The notes beneath the pieces are model-generated. The model was not told the origin of the DNA. It made no database searches and saw nothing but the letters and a program-made list of their open reading frames with translations. A DNA stretch of 64,000 nucleotides, from positions 20,600 through 84,599 of the forward strand of contig JAOAAY010000010.1 of NCBI GenBank assembly GCA_026418615.1. Reading direction: 5' to 3'. The number at the start of each line of letters is the position of its first letter. Position 1 is the first letter of the stretch. Positions 42,439 to 51,690 of the stretch are shown here, in pieces. This DNA is from Candidatus Sumerlaeaceae bacterium (GTDB taxonomy: Bacteria; Sumerlaeota; Sumerlaeia; Sumerlaeales; Sumerlaeaceae). The position numbers and the translations under genes are program-made.

Positions 42439-44175
42439 TTGGAGGCTTTTCACCAAATGATTGCTGTACGCGCCACACTTGCCGCCGCACTCGTCCTCGT
42501 CGCGACGGTCGGTTCGGCCGCGGTCTATCCTGAATTTCTGACCCGCGCCGGAACCCAAACTTTCAATCCCAACTACGCTTTCCACACGACTCAGACCCGA
42601 CTTGTGGAGACCGCCGAAGCCATTCATGCCATGGGCAGCGATGTTATCAAACTCGAGTTGTCGCGCCGGGCATGGTCCTACTCCGGTTACAACGGGTATC
42701 AATTGCCAACCTCGCCGGCTTCCTATCCGACTCTGGCATCCATGGCCCAGAACGAGCCATCCTTCCGCGCCGTTTTCGACATGCCCTTCCGCACCTATGT
42801 CATTTGGGCCTATCCGCGAACCATCACGGACTCTTTCTACCACAACTATTGGCGCGACGGTTTGACGACGAGCGAGGCCACGGCAGAGTACAACGAGATC
42901 CGGGCGCTGGCAGAATACTTTTTAACTCAGTATGCCGGAACCGGGAAGACCTTCCTCATCGGACACTGGGAGGGTGACTGGGCAATCCGGGGCCACTATG
43001 ATAAAAATCTCAATCCCACGAACACGGCCATTGGCGGGATGATCGCCTGGTTGACCACCCGGCAGAATGCCATCAACGATGCGCGCGCGGCCCATCCGAC
43101 GAGCAATGTCAGGGTCTTCAACTATGCCGAGGTCAACCTTGTCCTCGACTGGGTGCGCGGGTGGACTCAACCGTGGCAGAAAACAGTGGCAAACTCCGTG
43201 CTGCCGCATGTGGTGCTCGATCTCGTCTCGTATTCCGCCTACGATTCGGCCAACCAGGTTGTATTCGGCGGCAACTACCCGGCGTGGCACATTGACTGCC
43301 TGAATTATATCGAGAGCGTCACGACTTTCTCCACGGCTGCGCCTTACAATAAAAAAGTTTTTATCGGTGAATATGGGGCTTCGGTCACCGGCTCATCGCC
43401 CATGATGACTCCCGCCCAACAGACAACGCTTGCCTCCGTGGAGTTGAAGGCTGCCGCCGGATGGGGTTGTCCGTTCGTGCTTTACTGGCAAATGTATGAC
43501 AATGAAAATGCGGGTTTCTGGCTCATCGACAACACCAACACCAAGGTGGGCGCGTGGTACAAGCATCAGGAATTCCTTGGAAAAGCCCATACACTGAAAA
43601 ACCTTTACCGCTTCTGGATGGAACGCAACCCGACATGGGCTGAGATGAACGCCTTCTCCGGCAACTGGGACACCTACGATGTGTCGGCTCAACTCAATGC
43701 CATTCTGAACTCGCCGGGCTATGCGGCGCTCAGGACCAATGCCCAGTATCTGTCATTTCTTTTCCTGCACATTCTGGGCAATGCGAATCCTTCCGACCCG
43801 GATTATCTCGCTTACCTGGGCCAGTTGAACGGCGGCACTCCCCGCTCCGCAGTCCTCGACAGCATTCTCAACAGCACGCGTTTCAAGAATCGCACCAGCG
43901 ACCACGACTTCGCCGTGATGCTGTACACGGGCACTTTGCTGCGCCCGACCGTGGATACGAATTCGGCCGAGTTTCTGGCGCTTTTGGCGAGCCTGTCGGG
44001 CGGAACGCCGCGCGCAACCGTCTGGCGATCATTTCTCAACAGCGCGGAGTTCCGCAATGCGGAACTGGGGATCCGCTCCGACGACACGGTGGGCTCAACG
44101 AATGTGTTCAAGAAATACTTTTTCACCTTCGCGCCGCCGGCAGGCGTCGGCTCGGAAGCGCTGCTCCACAATTGA
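42439..44175 (+). CDS. Secreted clan GH-A-like TIM-barrel hydrolase domain fused to two C-terminal DUF4214 repeats
   Basis: Signal peptide. Putative acid/base FLIGHWEGDW and nucleophile VFIGEYG. Two C-terminal repeats with the DUF4214 pattern (AVLDSILNSTRFKNR...; TVWRSFLNSAEFRN). Confidence 0.55.
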   Translation: MEAFHQMIAVRATLAAALVLVATVGSAAVYPEFLTRAGTQTFNPNYAFHTTQTRLVETAEAIHAMGSDVIKLELSRRAWSYSGYNGYQLPTSPASYPTLASMAQNEPSFRAVFDMPFRTYVIWAYPRTITDSFYHNYWRDGLTTSEATAEYNEIRALAEYFLTQYAGTGKTFLIGHWEGDWAIRGHYDKNLNPTNTAIGGMIAWLTTRQNAINDARAAHPTSNVRVFNYAEVNLVLDWVRGWTQPWQKTVANSVLPHVVLDLVSYSAYDSANQVVFGGNYPAWHIDCLNYIESVTTFSTAAPYNKKVFIGEYGASVTGSSPMMTPAQQTTLASVELKAAAGWGCPFVLYWQMYDNENAGFWLIDNTNTKVGAWYKHQEFLGKAHTLKNLYRFWMERNPTWAEMNAFSGNWDTYDVSAQLNAILNSPGYAALRTNAQYLSFLFLHILGNANPSDPDYLAYLGQLNGGTPRSAVLDSILNSTRFKNRTSDHDFAVMLYTGTLLRPTVDTNSAEFLALLASLSGGTPRATVWRSFLNSAEFRNAELGIRSDDTVGSTNVFKKYFFTFAPPAGVGSEALLHN

Positions 44176-44237
44176 CATCACGCGATACGCTCCGGCCAAT
44201 CGCCGGCAGTTTTTCCATTTTTGAGCAGGGGTGACGC

Positions 44238-44750
44238 ATGAACCTGAAGTCTTTCATCCGCGATGTGCCGGATTTCCCCAAGCCGGGGATCATCTTCAAG
44301 GACATCACTCCCCTGCTTGGCGATGCAGAAGCCCTGCGCTACGCCATTAAACTGCTGGCTGACCGGTACCGTCCCATGCGCATCGCCAAAGTAGCCGGCA
44401 TCGAGTCCCGGGGGTTCATCTTCGCCGCAGCACTCGCCTGCGAACTCGGCTGCGGAATGGTGCCGATCCGTAAGGCCGGAAAATTACCTTACAAAACAAT
44501 CCGGGAAACCTACGAATTGGAGTACGGAACGGACACCATCGAGATCCACGCGGACGCTGTGGCGCGGGGGCAGCGCGTGGTGTTGCTCGACGATGTGATC
44601 GCGACGGGCGGCACGCTTGCGGCATCCACCCGGCTGCTTCAAGGTCTTGGTGCTGAGGTCGTTGAGGTTGCCTGCATCATCGAACTGACCTTCCTGCATG
44701 GCCGCGACAAACTGGGCCCCATGCCATTCCATTCACTCATCGCCTATTAG
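44238..44750 (+). CDS. apt: Adenine phosphoribosyltransferase
   Basis: [17 protein letters not shown] and PRPP-binding [13 protein letters not shown]. Confidence 0.9.
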   Translation: MNLKSFIRDVPDFPKPGIIFKDITPLLGDAEALRYAIKLLADRYRPMRIAKVAGIESRGFIFAAALACELGCGMVPIRKAGKLPYKTIRETYELEYGTDTIEIHADAVARGQRVVLLDDVIATGGTLAASTRLLQGLGAEVVEVACIIELTFLHGRDKLGPMPFHSLIAY

Positions 44751-44757
44751 CGAAAAA

Positions 44758-44796
44758 TCGCGCGGGCGTGGCCGATTGTTTCCGGCCACCCCGCGC
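44758..44796. terminator. Strong GC hairpin in the convergent apt / pal-like gap
   Basis: GCGCGGGCGTGGCCG-ATTGTTTC-CGGCCACCCCGCGCGC. Preceded by AAAAATC, which is a T-tract on the minus strand. Confidence 0.35.
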
Positions 44797-44840
44797 GCCT
44801 CACATCGGACACCCTGCCCGGTCGCCCGAGCCGCAGGGTG

Positions 44841-45452
44841 CTATTGTGCTCCGTAGACGAGGAATTGGGCGCGGCGGTTGCGGGCCCAAGCCATCTCGTT
44901 CTGCCCGGGATCGTCCGGCCGCTCCGACCCGTAACTGATCGTGTGCAGCCGCCCGGGATCCACGCCTTGGGAGATCAGATAGTTGCGTGCAGCATCCGCA
45001 CGCCGCTGCCCGAGGGCATAATTGTAATCCGCCGTGCCACGCTCGTCGCAATGGCCCTCAATCTGGATCGCAACGCCCGGATTCGACTGCATCCACTGCG
45101 CATTTTGACGCAATTGGGCCTTGGCCGGCTCCAGCAGTTCAGCACTGTCAAACGCGAAATAAATTCGTTTGAGTTCCGGAATTTCTTGCGGGGTCTGGCC
45201 GCGAATCGGATCCGGAAGCACAGAGGAGTCTATACTCCCATAAGGATCCATCGCGCCGGGAGCATTGCCCCCAAAAAACCTGCCAAACCTGTCCTTCAAG
45301 CAGCCCCGACAACCGGTCGCAACGATCGCAGTCACCATAATCAGCAGGATCAACCTGACCGCTCGATAGGGAATCACCTGTTTGTTACCTCCTAACCTTT
45401 CTGTCCGGCCTCCCGTACAAGATGTGGTACTCGAACGAAAGGTTGGCTCCAA
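44841..45452 (-). CDS. OmpA-family peptidoglycan-associated lipoprotein (Pal-like)
   Basis: Lipobox (IVATGC). OmpA C-domain IYFAFDSAEL...EGHCDERGTADYNYALGQRRADA. Confidence 0.75.
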   Translation of the reverse strand: MEPTFRSSTTSCTGGRTERLGGNKQVIPYRAVRLILLIMVTAIVATGCRGCLKDRFGRFFGGNAPGAMDPYGSIDSSVLPDPIRGQTPQEIPELKRIYFAFDSAELLEPAKAQLRQNAQWMQSNPGVAIQIEGHCDERGTADYNYALGQRRADAARNYLISQGVDPGRLHTISYGSERPDDPGQNEMAWARNRRAQFLVYGAQ

Positions 45453-45472
45453 CAGAGCGCGGCTGTCAACTG

Positions 45473-47038
45473 CTATCCATGCGACTTTTGCGGTGGCTGA
45501 TGGGAGGGATCCGGCTCACGGGACGGGATCCCTTCCAAGTCCAGCCAATACACATCCAGCAGTCCAAACCGCCGCCGCTCCCACGGAGTTCGGCTGGTGG
45601 CTATCACACGGGGCAGAGGGCGCGACCGATTGTGGAGCACATAATGGATCCGGGGGGGGGCTGGCGAATCGGGACTAAACCGCAGGGCGTTGCCCTCTCT
45701 TGCCGCAATCAGATAGAGAATCTGGTAATCCACGCCGCCGGCCTCCGTGCGATCCTCTTGCGTCAAACGCACACGCAGGCCGCGCGAATGGTCGCAGATG
45801 AACCATACGGCGTCGCGCTGGTCGCGGTAGGGCGGATAAACGACCACCGCGGGGTCTGGGTTGCGCATGAGACGCACATACCGCACATGATAAACCAATG
45901 ACGATACAGCCGCCGCGACTAGCAGCCCGGCAAACGCGGCGGTCATTACTCCCCGGAGCCAGCGAACGCTGAGAGCATTCTGGCCGGGCACATGATTTGA
46001 CCGCCTGCCATCGGCCGGCGCGAGCGACGCTAACAGCACCCATGGTCCGGGCAGCGCCACAAGCCAGTATGCGGGCACCAGTTCGACGCGAGGCACCGAA
46101 AAACAAATCAGCGGCACTACACACCAGATGATCGCCAGCAGAAGGAACGCTCCAACACACCGCGATGGCGCTTCGTCGCAACCGGCGGGAGGGGGCTCGT
46201 TAGAACGCAGGAACTGTCGCCAAACTTGAAACACTCGCAGGACGGCAATCCACAAAATGGGCGACAGGTAGGCAAAATGAAGCCCTTGTCGCAGCGTTTC
46301 AAAATGCTGCTGAAGAGCGGTATTGGTGCCAAAATCAAAGAAGGAATAGGCAGCCGCCCTCCACATGGGCACGGGATTCCATCCGGGACCGGTTTTGGCA
46401 GCAAGCAGGTCGGCGATGACACGGGCATCCGCGAATCCGGTTTGCCGCAGGTGAACTATGTATGGAATATACATGGCACATGCAAGGGTCACGCCGGCTC
46501 CCAAAGACCGCCATGCCACGCGCACTCGCAACAAAAGGAGAGCCAAAGCGGCCATTGGCAGCAGGAGCGCGCCCGAGAAATGGCATTGCTGGGCAGCGGC
46601 AATCGCCGGCGGCAGAACAAGGGCGGCCCATGTGCACCGCGACCGGCGCCACATTTCGTATACACAAAGAAAACAGAGAAGGGAAAAAACCGGGATCACG
46701 GCATGGCCCCACAGGCGGGCCATCAGCCAGAACGGGCCGGGCGTGAGGGCTCCGAACACGGCCACGACCAAGGCCCCCCACCGCCATCGCCCTCGCCAAA
46801 GCACCCAGCAGAGGCCGGCCAAAGCGCCTATCTGAAGTAATTGCAGAAATCCGACAGCCACCGAAGGCAGGCGCGAGAGCCCGTAGGGCATGGAAATCAG
46901 GTAGATAAAAAAAGGAGGGTTGTAAAACTCAAGGCTGGTCTTGACGCCCCGCAGAGGGAAAATTCCCTTTCCAACCAACTGGTAGGCATAGAGGCTCGCG
47001 ATGCCGCAGAGCCAGACCCGCCGCAAGCGCCACGACAA
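45473..47038 (-). CDS. Polytopic membrane protein, PMT_2/ArnT-like (GT39/GT83-type) glycosyltransferase candidate with a short N-terminus
   Basis: LEFYNPPFFIYLISMPYGLSRLPSVAVGFLQLL parallels the PMT_2 'EKPPLFYWL...' region. More than 10 TM helices. The only available start is a TTG, and an in-frame TGA lies just upstream, so the usual N-terminal DE-motif loop is absent. Confidence 0.45.
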   Translation of the reverse strand: MSWRLRRVWLCGIASLYAYQLVGKGIFPLRGVKTSLEFYNPPFFIYLISMPYGLSRLPSVAVGFLQLLQIGALAGLCWVLWRGRWRWGALVVAVFGALTPGPFWLMARLWGHAVIPVFSLLCFLCVYEMWRRSRCTWAALVLPPAIAAAQQCHFSGALLLPMAALALLLLRVRVAWRSLGAGVTLACAMYIPYIVHLRQTGFADARVIADLLAAKTGPGWNPVPMWRAAAYSFFDFGTNTALQQHFETLRQGLHFAYLSPILWIAVLRVFQVWRQFLRSNEPPPAGCDEAPSRCVGAFLLLAIIWCVVPLICFSVPRVELVPAYWLVALPGPWVLLASLAPADGRRSNHVPGQNALSVRWLRGVMTAAFAGLLVAAAVSSLVYHVRYVRLMRNPDPAVVVYPPYRDQRDAVWFICDHSRGLRVRLTQEDRTEAGGVDYQILYLIAAREGNALRFSPDSPAPPRIHYVLHNRSRPLPRVIATSRTPWERRRFGLLDVYWLDLEGIPSREPDPSHQPPQKSHG

Positions 47039-47073
47039 TGCACCATGCCGGCAAGCGTGCCTGCCAGCCGCCG

Positions 47074-47304
47074 TCAGTCGTTTTCACGCTCCGCTTCGAT
47101 GACCACACTCTCCGCGTCGGGGGCGACCTCAACTATCAGCAGGTTCGGCCGACAGCAGATCTGGCAATCCTCCGTGTACCGCTGGTGCCTGCCCGCCGAC
47201 ACATCCACTTCCACCTCGTTGCGCTCTCCACAGTAGGCGCACAGATATGTCCCGCCAGTAAGCATTGCGCCCTGTACCAAGCGGGAAAGCCGTGAAAATC
47301 GCAA
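47074..47304 (-). CDS. Cysteine-rich CPXCG-family zinc-ribbon protein
   Basis: CAYCGE...DCQICCRP matches the CPXCG family pattern. 76 aa; 36 bp upstream of the PMT-like gene on the same strand. Confidence 0.55.
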   Translation of the reverse strand: MRFSRLSRLVQGAMLTGGTYLCAYCGERNEVEVDVSAGRHQRYTEDCQICCRPNLLIVEVAPDAESVVIEAEREND

Positions 47305-47438
47305 CCATTATCGCTAAGCGGTTTCGCCCAAGCCGTACTGGGTTGGTTCCCTATTTCCACACAATCCCTTTGACCTGCCCAGCCGGCGAAAGCCAATTTT
47401 CGCCTGCATCTTATCTTGGTATCAGGAAGGCAACCGTG

Positions 47439-48959
47439 ATGCGACGCATCTTGGATAACATCCTCTTGTTTGCTTTTGTCCTGCTGCCTCTCACCGTTCG
47501 GGCTCAGTCACCAGCGCCACTTACGCCTCCCCCGCTGCGACGCGAGTTTCGTGGCGTGTGGGTGGCCACCGTGGGGAATATCGATTGGCCTTCGCGCCCT
47601 GGCTTGCCGTCAGAGGTGCAAAAACAAGAACTGATTACGATTCTCGACCGGTGCGTATCGTTGGGACTCAATGCGGTGATCTTTCAGGTGCGCCCTGCGT
47701 GCGACGCCCTGTACCGGTCGGATTTGGAACCGTGGTCGGAGTACCTCTCCGGCCAGATGGGTCAGCCCCCCTCGCCGTTCTACGATCCGCTGGAATTCGC
47801 CGTCGTCGAGGCGCATCGGCGCGGCCTCGAACTGCATGCGTGGGTTAACCCCTACCGTGCGCGCCATGTTACGCGCCGCGGAGAAGTGGCTCCGACGCAT
47901 GTGACCCGGACGAAACCGGAACTGGCACGCACCTACGGGAAATATATCTGGCTGGACCCGGGCGACCCGCGTACGGCGGAGCACTCGCTCGCCGTTATCA
48001 TGGACATCGTGAACCGCTACGACATAGACGGCATCCATTTTGACGATTATTTTTACCCATACAAGGAACGCGACAGCCAGAATAAAATTATAGATTTCCC
48101 TGACGACGAGACATACGCCCGGTATCAAGCCGGCGGGGGCAAACTGAGCCGGGCCGACTGGCGCCGCGACAATGTCAACCGCTTTGTTGAAGCCCTTTAC
48201 ACCAATGTCAAAAAAGCCAAGCCTTGGGTGAAAGTCGGCATCAGTCCCTTCGGCATCTGGCGTCCGGGGAATCCTCCCATGGTCCGAGGCATGGACCAGT
48301 ACAATGAGATTTACGCCGACGCCAAGTTGTGGCTCAACAAAGGCTGGCTCGATTACATCAGCCCGCAGTTGTACTGGAAAACGGATGCGCCTCAGCAGCC
48401 GTTTGAGCCCTTGTTGGCTTGGTGGGTGTCGCAGAATACTCAGAAACGGCATGTCTGGCCGGGGTTGATTCCCAGCAGTGTCGGCACGAAGGGGTGGTCG
48501 GCCGACGAAATCGCCAAACAAGTCACTCTCACCCGGCGAAATCCTGGTTCCACGGGAAATGTTTTGTTTAGCATGAAGCCTCTGCTAACCAATCCCGGCA
48601 ACTTGGTCGAAACGCTCCGGCCGCTTTATGAGGAACCGGCTTTCATACCCCCTTCGCCGTGGCTCGACAACTCGCGCCCGGCCAAGCCTCAGGCGGTCGT
48701 GGACCGCACAACCACCCCGGGCGTGACTCTTGTGACCTGGAAACCCGGGTCAAAAGATTTCCCGCGGCAATGGGCCTTGTACGCCCTGTACGAAAACGGA
48801 TGGACGGTGCGCGCGCTACCTGCAGGGGCGACCAAACTGCCGGTACGAAACGACGCATCCCCGCGGCCTATTGTTGTGGCCATTGCAGCCATTGACCGCG
48901 TGAACAACGAGAGTGAACCGGCCATCGTGGATTTGGCGTCTGGTTCGGCTGCCGAGTGA
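47439..48959 (+). CDS. GHL10 (glycosyl hydrolase-like 10 / DUF187; DigH-YddW-like) secreted protein, paralog A
   Basis: Signal peptide MRRILDNILLFAFVLLPLTVRAQS. Signature REFRGVWVATVGNIDWPS and TIM-barrel-like core. Confidence 0.7.
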   Translation: MRRILDNILLFAFVLLPLTVRAQSPAPLTPPPLRREFRGVWVATVGNIDWPSRPGLPSEVQKQELITILDRCVSLGLNAVIFQVRPACDALYRSDLEPWSEYLSGQMGQPPSPFYDPLEFAVVEAHRRGLELHAWVNPYRARHVTRRGEVAPTHVTRTKPELARTYGKYIWLDPGDPRTAEHSLAVIMDIVNRYDIDGIHFDDYFYPYKERDSQNKIIDFPDDETYARYQAGGGKLSRADWRRDNVNRFVEALYTNVKKAKPWVKVGISPFGIWRPGNPPMVRGMDQYNEIYADAKLWLNKGWLDYISPQLYWKTDAPQQPFEPLLAWWVSQNTQKRHVWPGLIPSSVGTKGWSADEIAKQVTLTRRNPGSTGNVLFSMKPLLTNPGNLVETLRPLYEEPAFIPPSPWLDNSRPAKPQAVVDRTTTPGVTLVTWKPGSKDFPRQWALYALYENGWTVRALPAGATKLPVRNDASPRPIVVAIAAIDRVNNESEPAIVDLASGSAAE

Positions 48960-49825
48960 AGAGCCGGCAGGCGGCCGCAATGCCCATGGCGCGAGGCAAG
49001 TTCCCGGGCAATCGGCGTCACGCCGCAGCAGCCGACCCTGCACCCGCCGCCGATCTCCACACCATCGAACGCGAACTGCGAGCGGGCGGCTGCCGGCTGA
49101 TCGCCGGGATTGACGAAGCCGGACGCGGGCCGCTGGCGGGGCCCGTTTGTGCGGCTGCCGTCGTGTTCGACGGTCAGACCATGATCGAGGGAGTCAACGA
49201 CTCGAAACAATTGACCGCAGCCGATCGCGAGCAACTGCACGACGAAATCCTGAGGCGCGCGCTGGCTGCAGGTATCGGGCTGGCCACCGCGGAGGAGATT
49301 GACGCTCTGAACATCCTTGAGGCTACGCGGCTTGCTGCCCGGCGCGCGCTGAAAGCGCTTAAGGTGCTGCCGGACATACTGCTTCTTGACGCGCTGCGCC
49401 TCGACGGCGTGACCATTCCCCAGCAGCCGCTGATCAAAGGCGATGCCCGGTGCTTCTCCATCGCGGCAGCCAGCATCCTGGCCAAGGTCACCCGCGACCG
49501 GCTCATGCAACAATACGATGCCGAGTATCCACTTTATGGCTTTGCACACCACAAGGGATACCCGACTCGGGCCCATTACGACTGCCTCGAGCGCCATGGA
49601 CCCAGTACGATTCATCGGAAAACATTTTACGACGGAGGGTTTTTTGCGGGTCCGCCGGTCCACTCCCGATCCTATATGCGGTTGCGGGCCGCACTCCAGG
49701 GCACGGACGCGCATGAAGCCGCACGCGCAGCAGATGAGATGCGGGCCATGCGCGGTTTTCTTCCCGAATGCGAATGGCGCGAACTGAACGCGCTCGTGCC
49801 GAACAGCACAACACCCGAGGTCTAA
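48956..49825 (+). CDS. rnhB: Ribonuclease HII
   Basis: IAGIDEAGRGPLAGPV active-site motif. The true start is probably 20-40 codons downstream of the ORF-track start. Confidence 0.85.
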   Translation: MKSRQAAAMPMARGKFPGNRRHAAAADPAPAADLHTIERELRAGGCRLIAGIDEAGRGPLAGPVCAAAVVFDGQTMIEGVNDSKQLTAADREQLHDEILRRALAAGIGLATAEEIDALNILEATRLAARRALKALKVLPDILLLDALRLDGVTIPQQPLIKGDARCFSIAAASILAKVTRDRLMQQYDAEYPLYGFAHHKGYPTRAHYDCLERHGPSTIHRKTFYDGGFFAGPPVHSRSYMRLRAALQGTDAHEAARAADEMRAMRGFLPECEWRELNALVPNSTTPEV

Positions 49826-49928
49826 GCCGTAGCCCGACTGCCCGCCGCCCTTCGTTCACAATCGCGTGGACGAAGCCCTTGGCGCCCTTGAGTGCCGGAC
49901 ACGGGTCACAGCCCGGTACCTCAGCCTG

Positions 49929-51584
49929 CTATTGAACCTGGCCGAACTCTTCCTTTTTAACTTCGCCGCCAGCAGCCGCGGTTCGAGCAGGAACAGCAGC
50001 CCGCCCGTCCGGCAGTGTGATGATCGCAAACGGCCCCAGATTCCCGACGCGATCCACCGCGGCTACCGCTACGGCATCCGTCGGCTTGGCACCCTCACCC
50101 GCCGGCACGGCCAATTCGACAAGGGATGTGGTCTCTGCTGACACTAGATTCAGCGTCCACACATCACCGGCACGCTTCTGAACAGCCCAGAAGCGGACAT
50201 CCGTATCGGCAGGTGCCGGCTGCCAGGTGATGGTGCAGGTCGGGGCGCCATCTTCGCGCAACATGGTCAGGTCTGGTTTTTCCGGCACCACATCGTCGAG
50301 CCATGGACATGCCGGAACGATGGCTGGCTTTGCGTAAACGCCGCCTGAGGTCGTGAGGGCATCGTTGATACCGTCTGCATTTTTGAGAAAAGCCTGCATG
50401 CTGAAGTGGACAGTGCCACTGGCGCCGGGTTGCAGGCGGGTCCATTTGATCTGATAAATGATCTCCGAGGCGGGCCAGTTAGCCGAGCCGTCTCGAACGC
50501 GGCTGGTGAACTGGCCGGGCCAGAGATGGCGTCCGGTCAGGTTTTGCTCCGCCCACCACCGCAACAGAACGGGAAAACTCTGGTCGGGATTCGCAATATT
50601 CCAGTACAGTTGGGGCGTCCAATAGTCCACCCAGCCGCGCGCAAGCCACAAGCGGGCGTCGGCATACAGTTCCTCGTATTGGTTAAAGCCTTTGATTTGC
50701 TCAGGGTGTCCGGGCTTCCAGATGCCGAACGGGCTGATGCCGACTTTGACCCAAGGTTTGGCCGCCTTGGTTTCCGCGTAGAACCGCTGCACAAACTGGT
50801 TGACCGCGGCGCGGCGCCAGTCGCTACGGCTCATCGTGCCGCCGGAGGCCTGATATTTTTCCCAATTGGCATCGTCAGGAAACTCAATGATTTTCCCGTC
50901 TGCGTCTTTCTCCTTGTACGGGTAAAAGTAATCGTCAATGTGAATGCCGTCCACATCGTAGCGCTTCACCACATCGAGCACGACATTCATCGTGTGGTCC
51001 ATGGTTCGCTTGTCCGTCGGATCCAACCAGAGGTGCTTACCATATTTCTTCACGATGTCCGGCTGAGTCTTGCTGATGTGCTTGTCGGAAATCTCGCTCT
51101 TGGCAGAGGGATGATGCGCGCGGTAAGGATTGAACCACGCGTGGAGTTCGAGACCGCGCTTGTGGGCTTCCGCGACGGCAAATTCCAGCGGGTCGTAGTA
51201 GGGCTCTGGAGCCTTGCCCATCTGGCCGGTGAGGTACTCGGACCACGGCTCGAATTGCGAAGCATAGAGAGCGTCGCAACCCGGTCGCACCTGCAACACG
51301 ACAGCGTTGAGGTTGAGGGCTTTGCACTTGTCCAAAATGGCGATGAGTTCGGCTTTTTGCTGATCCGTCGTCAGGTCGCGGCGCGAGGGCCAGTCAATGT
51401 TCGAGACCGTCGCCACCCAAACGGCGCGAAATTCGCGCTGTACCGCCGGCAACGCCACGGCTGGCGGAGCAGACTCCTCGGCGACTGCCGCGGTGAGCGC
51501 CAGCCCCAACACGGCTGCCACGCTCACAAAGTGCTTTACAGGATTCCGGGTCATCTCGTGCCTCGCGATTGGAAATGGGGTCAA
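49929..51584 (-). CDS. GHL10 (DUF187; DigH-YddW-like) secreted protein, paralog B
   Basis: QREFRAVWVATVSNIDWPS signature. Roughly 55-60% identity by eye to paralog A along the full length. Confidence 0.7.
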   Translation of the reverse strand: MTPFPIARHEMTRNPVKHFVSVAAVLGLALTAAVAEESAPPAVALPAVQREFRAVWVATVSNIDWPSRRDLTTDQQKAELIAILDKCKALNLNAVVLQVRPGCDALYASQFEPWSEYLTGQMGKAPEPYYDPLEFAVAEAHKRGLELHAWFNPYRAHHPSAKSEISDKHISKTQPDIVKKYGKHLWLDPTDKRTMDHTMNVVLDVVKRYDVDGIHIDDYFYPYKEKDADGKIIEFPDDANWEKYQASGGTMSRSDWRRAAVNQFVQRFYAETKAAKPWVKVGISPFGIWKPGHPEQIKGFNQYEELYADARLWLARGWVDYWTPQLYWNIANPDQSFPVLLRWWAEQNLTGRHLWPGQFTSRVRDGSANWPASEIIYQIKWTRLQPGASGTVHFSMQAFLKNADGINDALTTSGGVYAKPAIVPACPWLDDVVPEKPDLTMLREDGAPTCTITWQPAPADTDVRFWAVQKRAGDVWTLNLVSAETTSLVELAVPAGEGAKPTDAVAVAAVDRVGNLGPFAIITLPDGRAAVPARTAAAGGEVKKEEFGQVQ

Positions 51585-51690
51585 AACTTCCGGCTAAGTT
51601 CGGGCTGCAGACGGCACCGTCAATCGCTTCTTGCCCATGGCACCCGGCGCATTTTAGATATCGTAAAGAATCTTCAGGACAAGTTCCGCG

